A stretch of 63,860 nucleotides of DNA, counting the filler, from Rhizaria sp. SCN 62-66 (lineage: Eukaryota): assembly GCA_001724265.1 (NCBI GenBank). It is 3 parts of 3 records of this genome, joined end to end, with 100 filler letters (N's around TTAATTAATTAA, not from the genome) between each part and the next. Parts side by side here need not be neighbours in the genome. Positions count along the whole stretch, not along the records: positions 43,052 to 63,860 come from MEDY01000454.1; 2 more parts are not named here. The stretch is one strand, 5' to 3'. Shown in pieces: positions 52,250-63,860 of the stretch. Position 1 is the stretch's first letter; the number at the start of each line of letters is the position of its first letter. The notes beneath the pieces were generated by a model. That model did no database searches. It saw only the letters and a program-made list of their open reading frames with translations, and was not told the origin of the DNA. The translations under genes were made by a program, and so were the position numbers.

Positions 52250-53322
52250 GTGTGACGCGTGGTATCGGCGTAATTTGAGCTTGTTTGTGGCGTGTTGTAA
52301 GGCAGACAAGCTGCCGAGAAGCAGCATGCAGCGCCTTGAGGGAAAGGCTGAGGCTTGTGACGATTTTGAGTTTTCTGGTCACACTTGAAGCAAACATGTT
52401 TAATTTTCGCATCAAGTAGATATCAATACACAAAAAGCCCGCTGGTGGTGATTTATTTCAATTGGTTGAAACCGTGGGAAGATATTCATTATTTTGTCAC
52501 TCTGAGCAAACAGGCGACTCTTCCTTCGAGTGCAGAAAATGCTAAACGAGCCGCGACCGCAAGCTCGCGCGAATACTGATTCTTTCTACCACCTATACCC
52601 CGCCGATTTGACATGAAGAACATATTCGTGCAAGATTCTGTCGGTGGTACCGGTTTGTTTATTTGTGTTTTGAACCTAGCCCGACATAACCTGCCGTGCG
52701 CCTATTTCTTCGCTCGCGCCGCCACTAGACCTCGGCCATGAGAGACCACACCTTCCCGGCTCCATATGAAAACCCCGAACGGCTAGTTAAGTGAAACCAG
52801 CATATATATAGCAGGATTTTGCCCATAGCTACGGTTTTATAATGTTGCTTTTGTGCAACAATGCACTTCTGGGTCGCTATGAACAGGGGCAAAAAGTCCA
52901 AAGGCGGCCATCGTTGTGAGAGTCGTTAGAATTTCGCGAAGCAAATATTCACCCCACTTCAGAGTCTATACTCGAATTTTGTCCTCCCTAAAAGACAGAT
53001 CGCAGTGTGATCTAACTTCTTGTCACAATTTGTTGCTATTCTCACATTATCTGTTTCTATCTGACCTCTTTCCTGCTCTCCTTCCCTCCCTTCCCTTTGC
53101 GTGCCACTTGTCACCTTTCGGCGTCTTTCCTGTCCCCAGTGCGAGCGTCCCTCGCCCCCAAACGACTCCACTTTCTCCTTCGTGCGCGTTAATCCCTCCG
53201 CACACCCCTATTTGGCGTCTTTTCCTCCCCTGCTTAGTGGCCGCGCTCGCGCCCGTCGCCTCCCTCTCTCCCTCACCACACCAACAAACCAACAAACTCG
53301 CCCCCTTAACTAAACTCGGCCC

Positions 53323-56300
53323 ATGCACCCCCTCGCGTTCAGCCACAGCGCCGGCAGCAACTCTTTCGGTAGCGGCAGCGCTGCCAGCGGCCTGCTTGGC
53401 GCGCGCGTCCCCACCGCGGCTTCCAGCATGCCCGCCGTGCCCGCGTTCACTACAAACACATTTACGACGCAGACACCGACGCAGACGACGCATACCCATA
53501 CGACCGTGGGCTCGAGCCTGAGCCCGACGTCCGCCGCCGCAGCCGCCGCTGCCGTGTCGTTTCGGCCCAAACCTGCCCCAGTTGCAGCGGCGCCGTCGCT
53601 GCCGCTGGCGCTCCCATCTGCGGCCCCCTCAAGTAGCAGCTTTTACAGTGCCGGACCGAGCGCGAAGCCTGGGCTTGCGTTTGCGCGCCCCAGCGCCAGT
53701 GTAAGTACCCCTGGCTCCGGCAGTGTAAGTGCCGCTGCCTCGGGCGCCGGTGCAGTCTCTAAGCTCTCTCTGGGCAGCAGCGTCAAGCCCACGCCACAAC
53801 TGCCTCAGCTGCAGCCACAGCCACAGGCAAAGTTGTCGCAGCCTCAGTCGCCGTCGCAGATGGCGCAACCGCAGCGTCAGCAGCGCAGCTCCTCCGGCCA
53901 ACACTCAATGCAAATGCAGATGCAGATGTCGAATAATGGAGGCTACATCCAGACCCCCGCACTGGCGTTGTTGCAGTCGCAGGGCATCTTGCAGGCGCTG
54001 CCGAAGCGGGAGCCCCATCCTCAGCTGCTGCAACAGAGTTTGTTCTACTCCTCCGCTCTCATGGGTGGCCAGTCGGCGGGGGCCAACAGCAACAATAACA
54101 GTATCAAGGCGAACTGCAATGGCAACGGCAACAACAGCATTGCCAGTGGCAGTGCGGGTCTCGCACTGCGGCCCACAGGTTTGAGCCAGAGCCTTACCTA
54201 CGGCCAGGGTCAGGCGGGGCTGAGTCCTGAGACGCAGCTTAAAATGCTTGTCATGCCCTCACAGTTGCAGACGCAGCACCAGCAGTCTCAGTCCCAGTCT
54301 CATTCGCAATTGCAGTCGGTGCTGCAACACCTCACGACCAGTGACAGCGGCCACTCGCCGACTCACGGTCACTCCGCTGCTCACGGTCACTCCGCTGCCC
54401 ACGGTCACTCTCCGGCTGCCGCCGCCACTGTTGCTCACGGTCACTCGCTGTCCCCGCTGACGTCTGCCGCGACAACGGCCAACGTGTCGCCGAAAACCGA
54501 CCCCAACGACGGCGACGGCGACGGCGACAACGACGACGACGACGACGATGAGGAGGAGGATTACAACGCCAATAGTCGCCGCCGCAGCAGCAGCCGCCGT
54601 GTCCGCGGCAAGCCCGCTGCTAATGCAGCCTCTGCCTCTTCCCACGGCCACGGGACGAGGAGCGGCACGTCCAGCGTGACTCACAGCGGCTTCACCAGTC
54701 TGTCCGCCTCGCCCTCAGCGTCGCCCTCGGCGTCGCCCAGCTCGACCGGGCTCAACTCGCCGCTCGACCTCAACGGCAACGGCAACGACGACGACGATGA
54801 TGACGACGACGCCGCTGACAACGGCGACGACGACGAGGACGACGGCGATGATGACGGCGGCGGCAGCAGCAGCAACAAACCGCTGCGCCAGCGCCAGCGC
54901 CAGCGCCAGCGCCAACAGCAGCAGCAGCAGTCCGCCGCGGCGGGGGGCTCCTCCGTGGCCCTGACGCCGCGGCAGCAGTCGGCGCAGGTGGCGCGCGCGC
55001 ACAAGGCCCACAAGCGGCAGCTTGAGAAGCAGCGCGCAGCAGACCGGATGGCGCGCCACGCTTCCGCCAAGAAGGCCGCCGCCGCTGCCGCCGCCGCCGC
55101 CGCTGCAGCCGGTGGCGCCGCCTCTGCTGGAACTGCTGCTGCTGCGGCTGCTGGCACTGGGAAGAGTGATGGCAGCTCACCCACCTACAGCCTCAGCAGC
55201 GGCGACGGAGGCGATGGCGGCGAGCTTGAGATCAGTGGGCCTGTCACCAAGAAGAGCAGGACTCCGCACGCGCGCGGTGGCTTAACTTCCGGCAACGCGT
55301 CCCCCGCCTCGCCCCATAGTAGCGGCAGTCAAGGCAGCAACAGCGGCGACGAAAGCAGCAGTAGCTCCAGTGCCAACACCGACGACCACAACACCGCCGG
55401 TAGCAGTAACAACAACAGCAACAGTGTCTCAACAGTGCGTCAGAGCTCGCGGTTAGCGCACAAGGACCGGAGCGGGGCCGCCAACAGCAGCGGCGGTGGC
55501 GTTGGCAGAGGCTGGCGCAGTAAGTTTGACGACCTGATCGCCACGACCCCCCAGCAGCGCAACAGCAGCGGCAAACAACAACTCGCTGGTGAGATGCTGC
55601 AGCTGCAGCAGCTGCAACAGCAGCAAAAGCAACAGCAGCAATATCAACAGCAGATTCAGCAGATGCAGACTCAGTATGACGCCGCGGCTGCCGCTGCTGC
55701 TGCTTCTGCGCACGGCCACTCTGCTCACGGTCACTCTGCTCACGGTAGCTATGAGAGCTCGTCCGCGATCGCGAAGCTGCAGCAGCACCAGCAGCAGTAC
55801 GTGGCCCAACTTCAGCAGCAGCAACAGCAGCAGGTAGCCTTCGCCGCAGCGGCGGCCGCCGCCATTGCCGCAGCCGGCAACAGTCCTACGCTGAGTGCCA
55901 CCGGCGGTCATAGCAGCAGTGGCAGCGGCAACGGGCCGATGAATGCCAGCCCACTCTTGATCTCAAACATGCTCGCGGCCAGCCACATCAACAACAACAA
56001 CACCAACAGCAACAACAACTGCAACGGCAACGGTGTCGCGAGCGCGTTGCTATCGGCCACCCCGCTGAGCGCCGAGGCCGACGCCTTCTTCAAGGCCGAG
56101 ATCGCGAAGGAGTCGCGGGCGCTGCAAGAGCTCAAGGACACGCACGCGGCGCAGCTCGCCGCTTTCGAGGTCGCGCTCATGGCCGGCTGCCAGCGCGCGG
56201 GCGCGGGCGGGCTCGAGGCCGCGGCCACGCAGCTGCAGTTGCGTCGCGATGCGCTTAAGGCCGCGCTCGACGCCGCTATCCAGGGCGCGACGGAGCGATT

Positions 56301-56472
56301 GAGGGTGGTGCAGACGCAGCTGCAGCTGCAGCAGCAGCAACGGACGCTTCTGCAGCAGCAACAGCAGGCGCTGCAGCTGCAGCTGCACATCAACCAGCAA
56401 CAGCAGCACCTGCAGCAGCAACACACGCTACAGCAGGCAACCACTGGCAAGCAAGGCGCTATGAATAGCAGC

Positions 56473-56517
<45 letters not shown>

Positions 56518-59500
56518 AACAGTAACAACAACAATATCAGCTACAATAGTACTGGTATCACGCCTCAGCTCAACGCGCTGAGCATGTTCGCTCTCCAAAA
56601 GCCCTCGCCCGCCGCCGCCGCTAGCAATAGCAACGGCACCGGTAGCGGCATCTCGAGTTTCATTGGCGGCCCCAACAGCAGCAACAGCGCCATGACTGCA
56701 GCTGCGGCGGCGGCGGCGATGAATGGCGGCCTAACTTACAGCGCCGCCGGTGTCCCGTTGGCCCTCAACCCCGCTGCGATGGCCCTCAGCATGGGCCTGA
56801 ACCCGGCTCTGTTCGCCAACAACGGCGCCGCTAACGCCGTCAACTCCGCCGGCGGTGTTGTTGCCGGCATGACCAACCCCGCTGCCTCAGCGCTCGCCGC
56901 GGCAGCGAGTCTGCAAAGCGCGTTCGCATTGAACAGTGGCAACGGCGGCGCGGGCGCGGGCGCGATGACCGGTGCTGCCACCGCGGCTGCGATTCTGCAG
57001 TCACAGGCTCAGGCCCAGGCCCAGGTTCAGGCTCAGGTTCAGGCACAGGCACAGGCGCAGCAGCAGCAGCAGAGGAGAATGCGCCCTGGTGTCAAGGCCA
57101 AGGCTGCCGCGGCCGCCGCCGCCGCCGCTACGCTCTCGAGCGATCCTAACTCCGCCGCTGCTGTTGCAAACACCAACGCTGACACCGGCGCCGACGCCGA
57201 CGCTGACGCTGCCACGGCCACGGCCACGGACTCTACCGACACTGGACCCATGAACTCCCCTGCAACGGGGACGGCGACGGCTAGAGGCGGTGGTGGGCGC
57301 GCTGGCGCTGCCGGTGCACGCGCGCGCAAGGCCGCGTTTGTGACGACGAGTCCGCACGGGCCCGTGGTCACGAGTCCCGACGGCACGGCAGTGCTCATGA
57401 CCCCACTCGTGCGCGCCGCCGTCGCCACGGTCCGCAAGACCGAGATGGAGCTGGCGCGCGCACGGGCCTCGCACGCAGCCAGAACGGGCTTCGCCACCGC
57501 CAACGGCCTCAGCCAGAGCCAGAGCCGGGGCCAGGGAAACGATGGAGCTGAGACGGAGGCTCAACACCAAGATGCGGCGCAGGATTACACAGGCGCCGTG
57601 GCCGTCGCCGCGGCCGCACACAGCCGTGCAATGACCGACCTGGCGCGCGCCGTCGCCCTCAGCCGCAAAGGCACGGCCGCCGCGGCTGCCGAGAGTGCCA
57701 CCGCCCTGGGCAAGGCCACGGCCGCCGCGGTCAAACGCAACGCCCTGCAGGCCGCCGCCGCCGCGGCCGCTGCCGCCGCTGCGGCCGAGGCAGAGGCAGA
57801 GGCCAAGACCAACACCAAGGCCAAGGCTGAGGCTAAGGCGGCTGCGAGCGCTGCTCTTGACAGTAACAAATGCACCAACAGCAACAACAACAGCGGCAGC
57901 GGCGGTGCGCCGATGGCTGACGCTGACGTTGCCACTGGCGCCGTCGCCGTCGCTCCAATCGACATAATCTCCAATGTTCCGAATGCCTCTGGCCCTGTCT
58001 TCAAAGCTGCGACTACGGCCGCGACTGCGTCCGCGGCTCTGAAGAAGGTGAACAAGATTGGCAAAGCCGGCAAGATGACCCTGTCGCTGGCGAAGCTCAA
58101 AAGCGCCGCCCGCAGCAGCCTCGCCGCCGCGGCAGCGAAGCTCCTGCAGTCCAAGGTCAAAACCGGCGCCTCCGCCTCGGCCTTGGCCACGGCCACCGCG
58201 GCCGCGGCCGCGGCCCGGGCGCTGCTGGGCAAGAAGCCCAATCACAAGTCCCGGTACCGCGGCCCGCTGCCGGCCGCGGACCGGGGCGCGCTGGTACGCC
58301 TGGGCACGAGTGCCGCCGAGCTGATCGACGACGACTCGATCACGGTGCTGCCCGTAGCGCCGACCGCGCGGTCGCACCCGATCCAGCTCCAGCGGTCCAA
58401 GGCCGACGTCGCGGCCATTGCGCGCGCGAAGGGCGTTATCACGATCATCCGCAAGCCCACGCCCGCGTCCGCCTCCCTCTCTGCGGCCGCTGCTGGTGGT
58501 GGTGCTTCGACTGCTGTATTCCCCAGCCTGGGTCCGCACTTCGCGATGAGCGTGCCCGCGGCGGCCGTTTCGGCGCCCGCGGTGCTGCAACAGCTCCAGC
58601 AGCAGCAGCAGCAGCAGCAACAGCTCCAACAGCAGCAACAGCAGCAGCTGCATCTCCAGCTGCAGCTCCAACAGCAACAACAACAGCAACAACAACAGCA
58701 ACAACAGCAGCAGCTGTTGGGTCTCGCTGCCGGCGGTGTCGCTGCCGGCGGTGTGCCCTTCGCGCCCTCAGCCCCCAGCGCCAGCGCCAGCCAGCCGTTA
58801 CCGGGCACTCAGCCGTTGAGCGGCAGCGAGATGCTTCTCGGTGCCCACAAGCAGCGTATGGCCTCCGCTACCGCTGCCGCCGCCGCCGCTGCTGCTGCTG
58901 CTGCTCCTGCGGCCGCCGCTAGCAAAGGCACCCACGGCAACAGCAACATCAGCAGTACCCCCTCTGTCGGTGTGAGTGCGAATACCAACGCCATGGGCGC
59001 GAATGCCGGCAGTGTAAGCAGGAATGCAAACACCATGGGCACGAACGCAAACACTGCTGCGCTGCTGTCTGCCGTCGCGGCCGCCTCCGCCGCCTCTGCC
59101 GCTGCGGCCGCCGCCGCTGCCGAGGGATACGGCCAGCCCTTGGTCAAGCGCGCCGCGCTCGCGAGCAACAGCCCCATTAGCGCCGCCGCCACCACTTCTG
59201 CACCTGGCTCTGGCGCTGCGATCAAGACTGGCGGCACTGCGTTCAGCGGCAGCGGCCTGGGCGGCAACGGCAGCCATGCGATGGCGCTGTCCGCGCTGAG
59301 CCCGCCGCTGCGCCCCACCGCGACCACTGCGCCCACCCTCGCCGCCCTGCTCGCGGCTCCCGGCAAGCCCATCACCGCGGCTGCCGCTATTGCCACGCAC
59401 GCACACACGCACACGCACAGCGCGGCGGCCCTTGTGGGCACGCTGCTGGGCAGCGGGGCTGTAAGCACTGGCGGGGCCGCTCTGCACGCTGTTGCCCTGC

Positions 59501-61023
59501 GCCTGCAGCAACAGCAGCAGCAACAGATGCAGATGCAGCAGCGACTGACGTTGCAGCAGATGCAGCAAATGCAGCTGCAGCAGCAACAGCAACAGCTCCA
59601 CATGCACCTGCAGCAGCAGCAGCAACAGCAGCAGCAACAGCAGCAGTTCCAGCAGCAGCACCAGCACCAGCAGCAGCTTCTCGTGACCCGCCAGCCCACC
59701 GTCGCCGTGTCGGTCCGCCGTGGGCGCCCGCACGCCGACTACTCAGACTACATCGCCTCGCTGCTTATCACGCGGCTGGACCACGGCCGCGGCATCATCC
59801 CCTGGGAGCACGCCAGCGCTGAGGCCATCGCACGCGGCAGCCGCAAGTACGGCCGCTCGTCCGTCTTCGGCCGCGTCAACGCCATCAAGACCTTCCTGGG
59901 CAACTTCAGCGACGCAGAGAACCAGACGCGCATCACTCTGCGCGTCGCCGCGATGGCCGACGCGATGCTTCGGCGCCAGTACCCGCAGGGCTTCCTCCTG
60001 CCGCACGTTGACATCCCCCCAGTGCCGGCTGACGCCGACGCGGACGCAAACGCAAACGCAAACGCCGCCGCGGCCGCCGCGGGCGCGGGCGCGGGCCTCA
60101 AGGCGGCGGGCAAGGGCAAGAAGGCCGCCGCCGCCGCCGCCGCCGCCTCCCTCAAGAGAGCGTCCGAAAACGCGGTGGGCGGCTCGGCTGCTGCCAACGC
60201 CGTCGTGACCGCCACCGCCGTCGCGGCCGCGCGCGCGTGCCCGAAGCCGCTGCCGGTACGTCTGGCGGGCACCAACGTCACCGCCACCGACGTGGCCATT
60301 GCCGCCCTCGACAGCTTCGAGACGCTGACGGGCATTTACGCGCGCATCGACACGGCCGAGTGGACTGGCCCTGGCGCGCCGCCGCTGGTGCCGCTGCTGG
60401 CCGCGCTCTTCCGCAGCAACGAGCGCCGCCAGGCCGCCGAAGACAGCGCGACGGCCATGCGCGCCGCGCTGGGTATGCAGCAGCTGCAGCAGCAGCAGGC
60501 GGTGGACCAGCGCCAGCAGCAAAAGCTGCTGCAGCATCAGCAGCAGCAGCAGCAGGCCGAGCTCCGGCAGCAACAGACGGAGCAGCGCCAGATCCAGGCG
60601 GAGCAGCGGCAGCTGCAGGCAGAGCAACGGCAGGCCAGCAAGGCCGCCGCTGCCCTGTCCGCCGCGTCTGCCGCTGAGCGCAAGCTGATCGCCATGGAAC
60701 GCAAGATACTCGAGCGTAAAGCGCGCAGCCGTAGCCGCGGTCCCCAGGATCTCGACTTCATCTTCGTTCCTAGTCAGGACCAGAGCCAGAGTCTCGGCGC
60801 GAGAGTCGGCAATTGGGCGACCGATGCCGCCGCCTCCAGCAGCGCTAATGACGACAAATCCGCCGCTTCCAGCAGTAACAACAGTAACGCTGCTTCTGTA
60901 GATGTGCCGAATGTGCCTGTGGTCAAGCGTGAAAGCGTCCCCGACGGTGGCGCTGCCCACGGTTCCTTCGGCGGCGACATCAAAGTTAAGCCGGAGCCCG
61001 TCGAGCGGACGCGGACTCAGTAA
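53323..61023 (+). CDS. 2566-aa polyQ/polyA/polyN low-complexity protein, possibly a nuclear regulator
   Basis: Single 7.7-kb open frame, basic NLS-like stretches, RRGRP motif, C-terminal VKRE and VKPE. No recognised domain. Stop TAA. Confidence 0.8.
56473..56534 (+). repeat. (AAC)n microsatellite encoding polyAsn
   Basis: Long AAC run within the polyQ gene. Confidence 0.95.
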
Positions 61024-63761
61024 CTCTCACGAGTCCCGGTCGCCGTGAAACGAAATCAAACAAAAACAAATTATTTTCGTGTTGGACCGGCAACCACCGA
61101 TTTGATGCGCGATACGCCGGCACATCTCACCGAACTATCGACTTGGCTTTGCTTCCGTAGCAACGAACTCAAGGTCACTCCAAACGAGGTCACTCCAAAC
61201 GTAAACATGTGTGGATGCTTTTGCACAGCATCTTTCATCATAACGAACAAGATATGAATTTCAACTCAACAACAAAAACAACAACTATAACAACAACCTC
61301 AATAGTATATTAACAGAACCTAGTCACAAAAACAAAAGAAAAATATTCTTATTCCGTAAACCAGAACTGTCTAAATCAATCTTAAGTCGAGTAGTCAAAC
61401 CAGTGTGTTTGTTCACTGTGTGCACTACCAGCAACACAACAGCACCACCACAAACGAAGCCAAACCTAGTCGTCTTCAGTCGGTCTGAGTCAAACGAAAG
61501 CTGCCAGCCTGGTTGTGTTACGCTGGCAGCCCTCGGCCGTTCGTTGGAGACCAACCAATTCCATTCCAAACAATCACAAGCGTGTTTTTTCTTTCTCGTG
61601 TGCCGTCGCGCAAGTGCGCGCACACGTGCCCATATGCATTGCTCACTCATGTCGTATTATGTCTTTATTTGTTTTATATTTTCTTTAACTGTTGATTCTG
61701 TGTCGCTGTAATCACTTATTTTTGCGACTGATGCAATGTGTCTGTGCTTTCACAAACCCGCTCAGTCGGCAAAAACGTTTTTATCAGTCCACTTGTCACA
61801 CACAACTCCCTATCGCTTTTTTTTGTTTTAATCTACGTATTTGATTTTTTTATTTTTTTGAAACAATCGCCAAACTAAACGTGTTGCTCTCCTTTATGAG
61901 AGCTTCTCAACTCATTTTGTTCTTGCTGATTTATCTTGGTGTTGACTGTACGGTGTTTATTTGTCATTGTTAATTCTAAGACTTTGCCATCTTTTTGAAT
62001 TATTTATGACGTGATTTCAAGCACAACTACACGTTCTTAGTGCTGTACTGCGTTCTTTTTGTGAGCCAGTGGTCACTTGTGGGAGCTATTTTAACACTGA
62101 CTGTCACGACTCTCATGATACCTGCTGCAACAACAAACGCGTGGTTCGCACTTGGAGCCACTGTATGTCTCGGTACAAAAACGCTCGAATGCGTGCTGGT
62201 GCAAGGTTTCCCTGCCAGTCTCCCTGTCAGCTGTATCTTTTGTCTGTCGAACCTCATTCGTTTTGTCTCGAGTGAAATTGTGGTACCGACAGCAACGTCG
62301 AAGTTTTCGTCGTTCTTGTTTATGTTCACATAACGGCTGATCGTTCTGTGTCCGTTGTCCGACACACGTCGCAGTGCGATCTTACAAGTAACATGTGACC
62401 AGATGAACTCTGCTCGATGCGCCCACCAACAGCGTATGATTGAGTCGCTGATCAGAGCCTCTCATATGCTCTCTTTCTTTTTTGTACACCATATTATGTG
62501 CAATCGATGGGTATGTATAGCAAATTATTTGTCAGCTATCTCACTCGTATCGATTCCATGGTGTTTTTGATATTTTGAACACTGCCCTTGATTACACGGA
62601 GGCTCATCCCGTCACCGTTGTTGTCGGGCGTTTAGGGACTCTCACGGAACGCGCTTGCCGTTTCTTCTCCGAACAGTTCAGCAAGCAATGACTTGCAGTT
62701 GGTGCTGATTGTACGGAGTGCGCCGTTGTTGCCGTTGACGTTGAGAGTGTGGGATGAAAACGTATGTGTAATTGCACGCATGATCAGAGCCACTGACTCT
62801 CACAACGATTACGTCGTGCGAGTACGACTTGCGTTATGTGTGAGTCCCTGTGTGTTTAATTCTCTTTCTGATTTGCTCTGTCTCAACTTTTCTTTTTTCT
62901 GGTTCTCAAGCTTGTTTTTTGATTCTGCGTCATCGCATCCACCAAACCCAAACCTGCTCAGATATGCTCTTACTATTACATATCATCTTTTTTTGCTATC
63001 AGTTTAAAGCTTTGTCTATAATCGTCGATCTGCTTCTGTCGCTGTTTTGTATCGTCACACATTGTTTTCGGAGACAGGAGTTTTCGGCTTCAACATCTTG
63101 TCTTCAACTTTGTTTTGTTTGAGTGTGTGCAAACTTTCTTTTTTTGCCAATTTTATGTTTTACCATTCCAACGGTCTTTTTCATTTCTTTTTGTTCCATC
63201 TTAAACAAACAACCTTTTGTTTGCCCCAGCACACTTGCCCGCCCCTTGACTGCAGACAGCCACGCTTTTAACGGCACACTCACTCATCTGCTCACACTCG
63301 CAACACGGTTCGTGCGCAGCTGTGTACTTAAATCGACACTGGTATGGTTCAAATATGCTGCCTTTCGTACAACGCCTTCGCGTTGCGCTGGCCATGTTGC
63401 ATATTCCCACCCCATATGTCTGTGTTTGTCACACTGCCAACACCGGACCATGTTTGTGTCTATTTCATGAAGCCTGAGTGATTGCTGCTGGCTCGTGTCG
63501 CTGTGTGCTGTGAAGGGATCGCGGCGCCATTGCGCTCTGGCGTTTGCCTCGTCATTGCAAGTAAGTCAAGTACACCTGCAGAGCTCTCGTCGTAAGCCTC
63601 CCCACTCCGACAGTGTTTCAACCCGCAAGACTTAAGAGTACCATGGAATGGAGTCCTTGTTGCTCGATGTCGTGTTCTGTGAGGATACATTATCGGACGC
63701 TTCTTCGCGAGTCGTAATGACAAAGCTGAATCTCCTTTGTGGTATATCGGTTCTTAGTTTT

Positions 63762-63787
63762 ATGTACCCCTGATGTAGAGGTTTATG
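63762..63787 (+). repeat. 26-bp repeat copy, possible DNA-transposon terminus
   Basis: Identical to the reverse complement of 130-155. Confidence 0.6.
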
Positions 63788-63860
63788 AAAAAACGTGTTT
63801 TCCGCGATTTTCGCGCCTTGGTGCGCACTTTTCTATTTCACTACGAGCGAAATAGTCCAT

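Noticed and set aside
1-63860. tRNA (including a CUA suppressor), rRNA or eRF1 gene in the window
   Set aside because: None recognised by eye; the decoding machinery must be sought elsewhere in the genome.

Overview
Gene-dense eukaryotic (protist-like) nuclear scaffold with GC-rich exons, AT-rich GT-AG introns of about 140-240 nt, and two artificial 100-nt gap spacers. About 17 protein-coding genes can be modelled by hand: an NTPDase/apyrase, PTEN-like phosphatase, NVL/Rix7 AAA-ATPase, RBM18-like, importin-11-like, a secreted coiled-coil protein, PP6/Sit4 catalytic subunit, TMEM223-like, DNAJC17-like, BAR-domain, RPP40-like, vWA-domain, RPS7, PEX26-like, a 2566-aa polyQ protein and two orphan proteins with mitochondrial-presequence-like N-termini. 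The main signal is an apparent non-standard nuclear genetic code. Four genes are interrupted only by in-frame TAG codons (9 clear cases, 2 more in a putative last exon), and none of the 17 models ends in TAG (9 TAA, 8 TGA). This suggests UAG is a sense codon, probably Gln, while UAA and UGA remain stops. No TAG falls in a conserved domain here, so the amino acid is inferred from context only. Other observations: a PP6 lacking both toxin-loop cysteines, a +4-pyrimidine 5' splice-site consensus, a frame-independent CACGGTCAC motif, and a 26-bp inverted repeat shared by both window ends. All family assignments come from motif recognition, not database searches.
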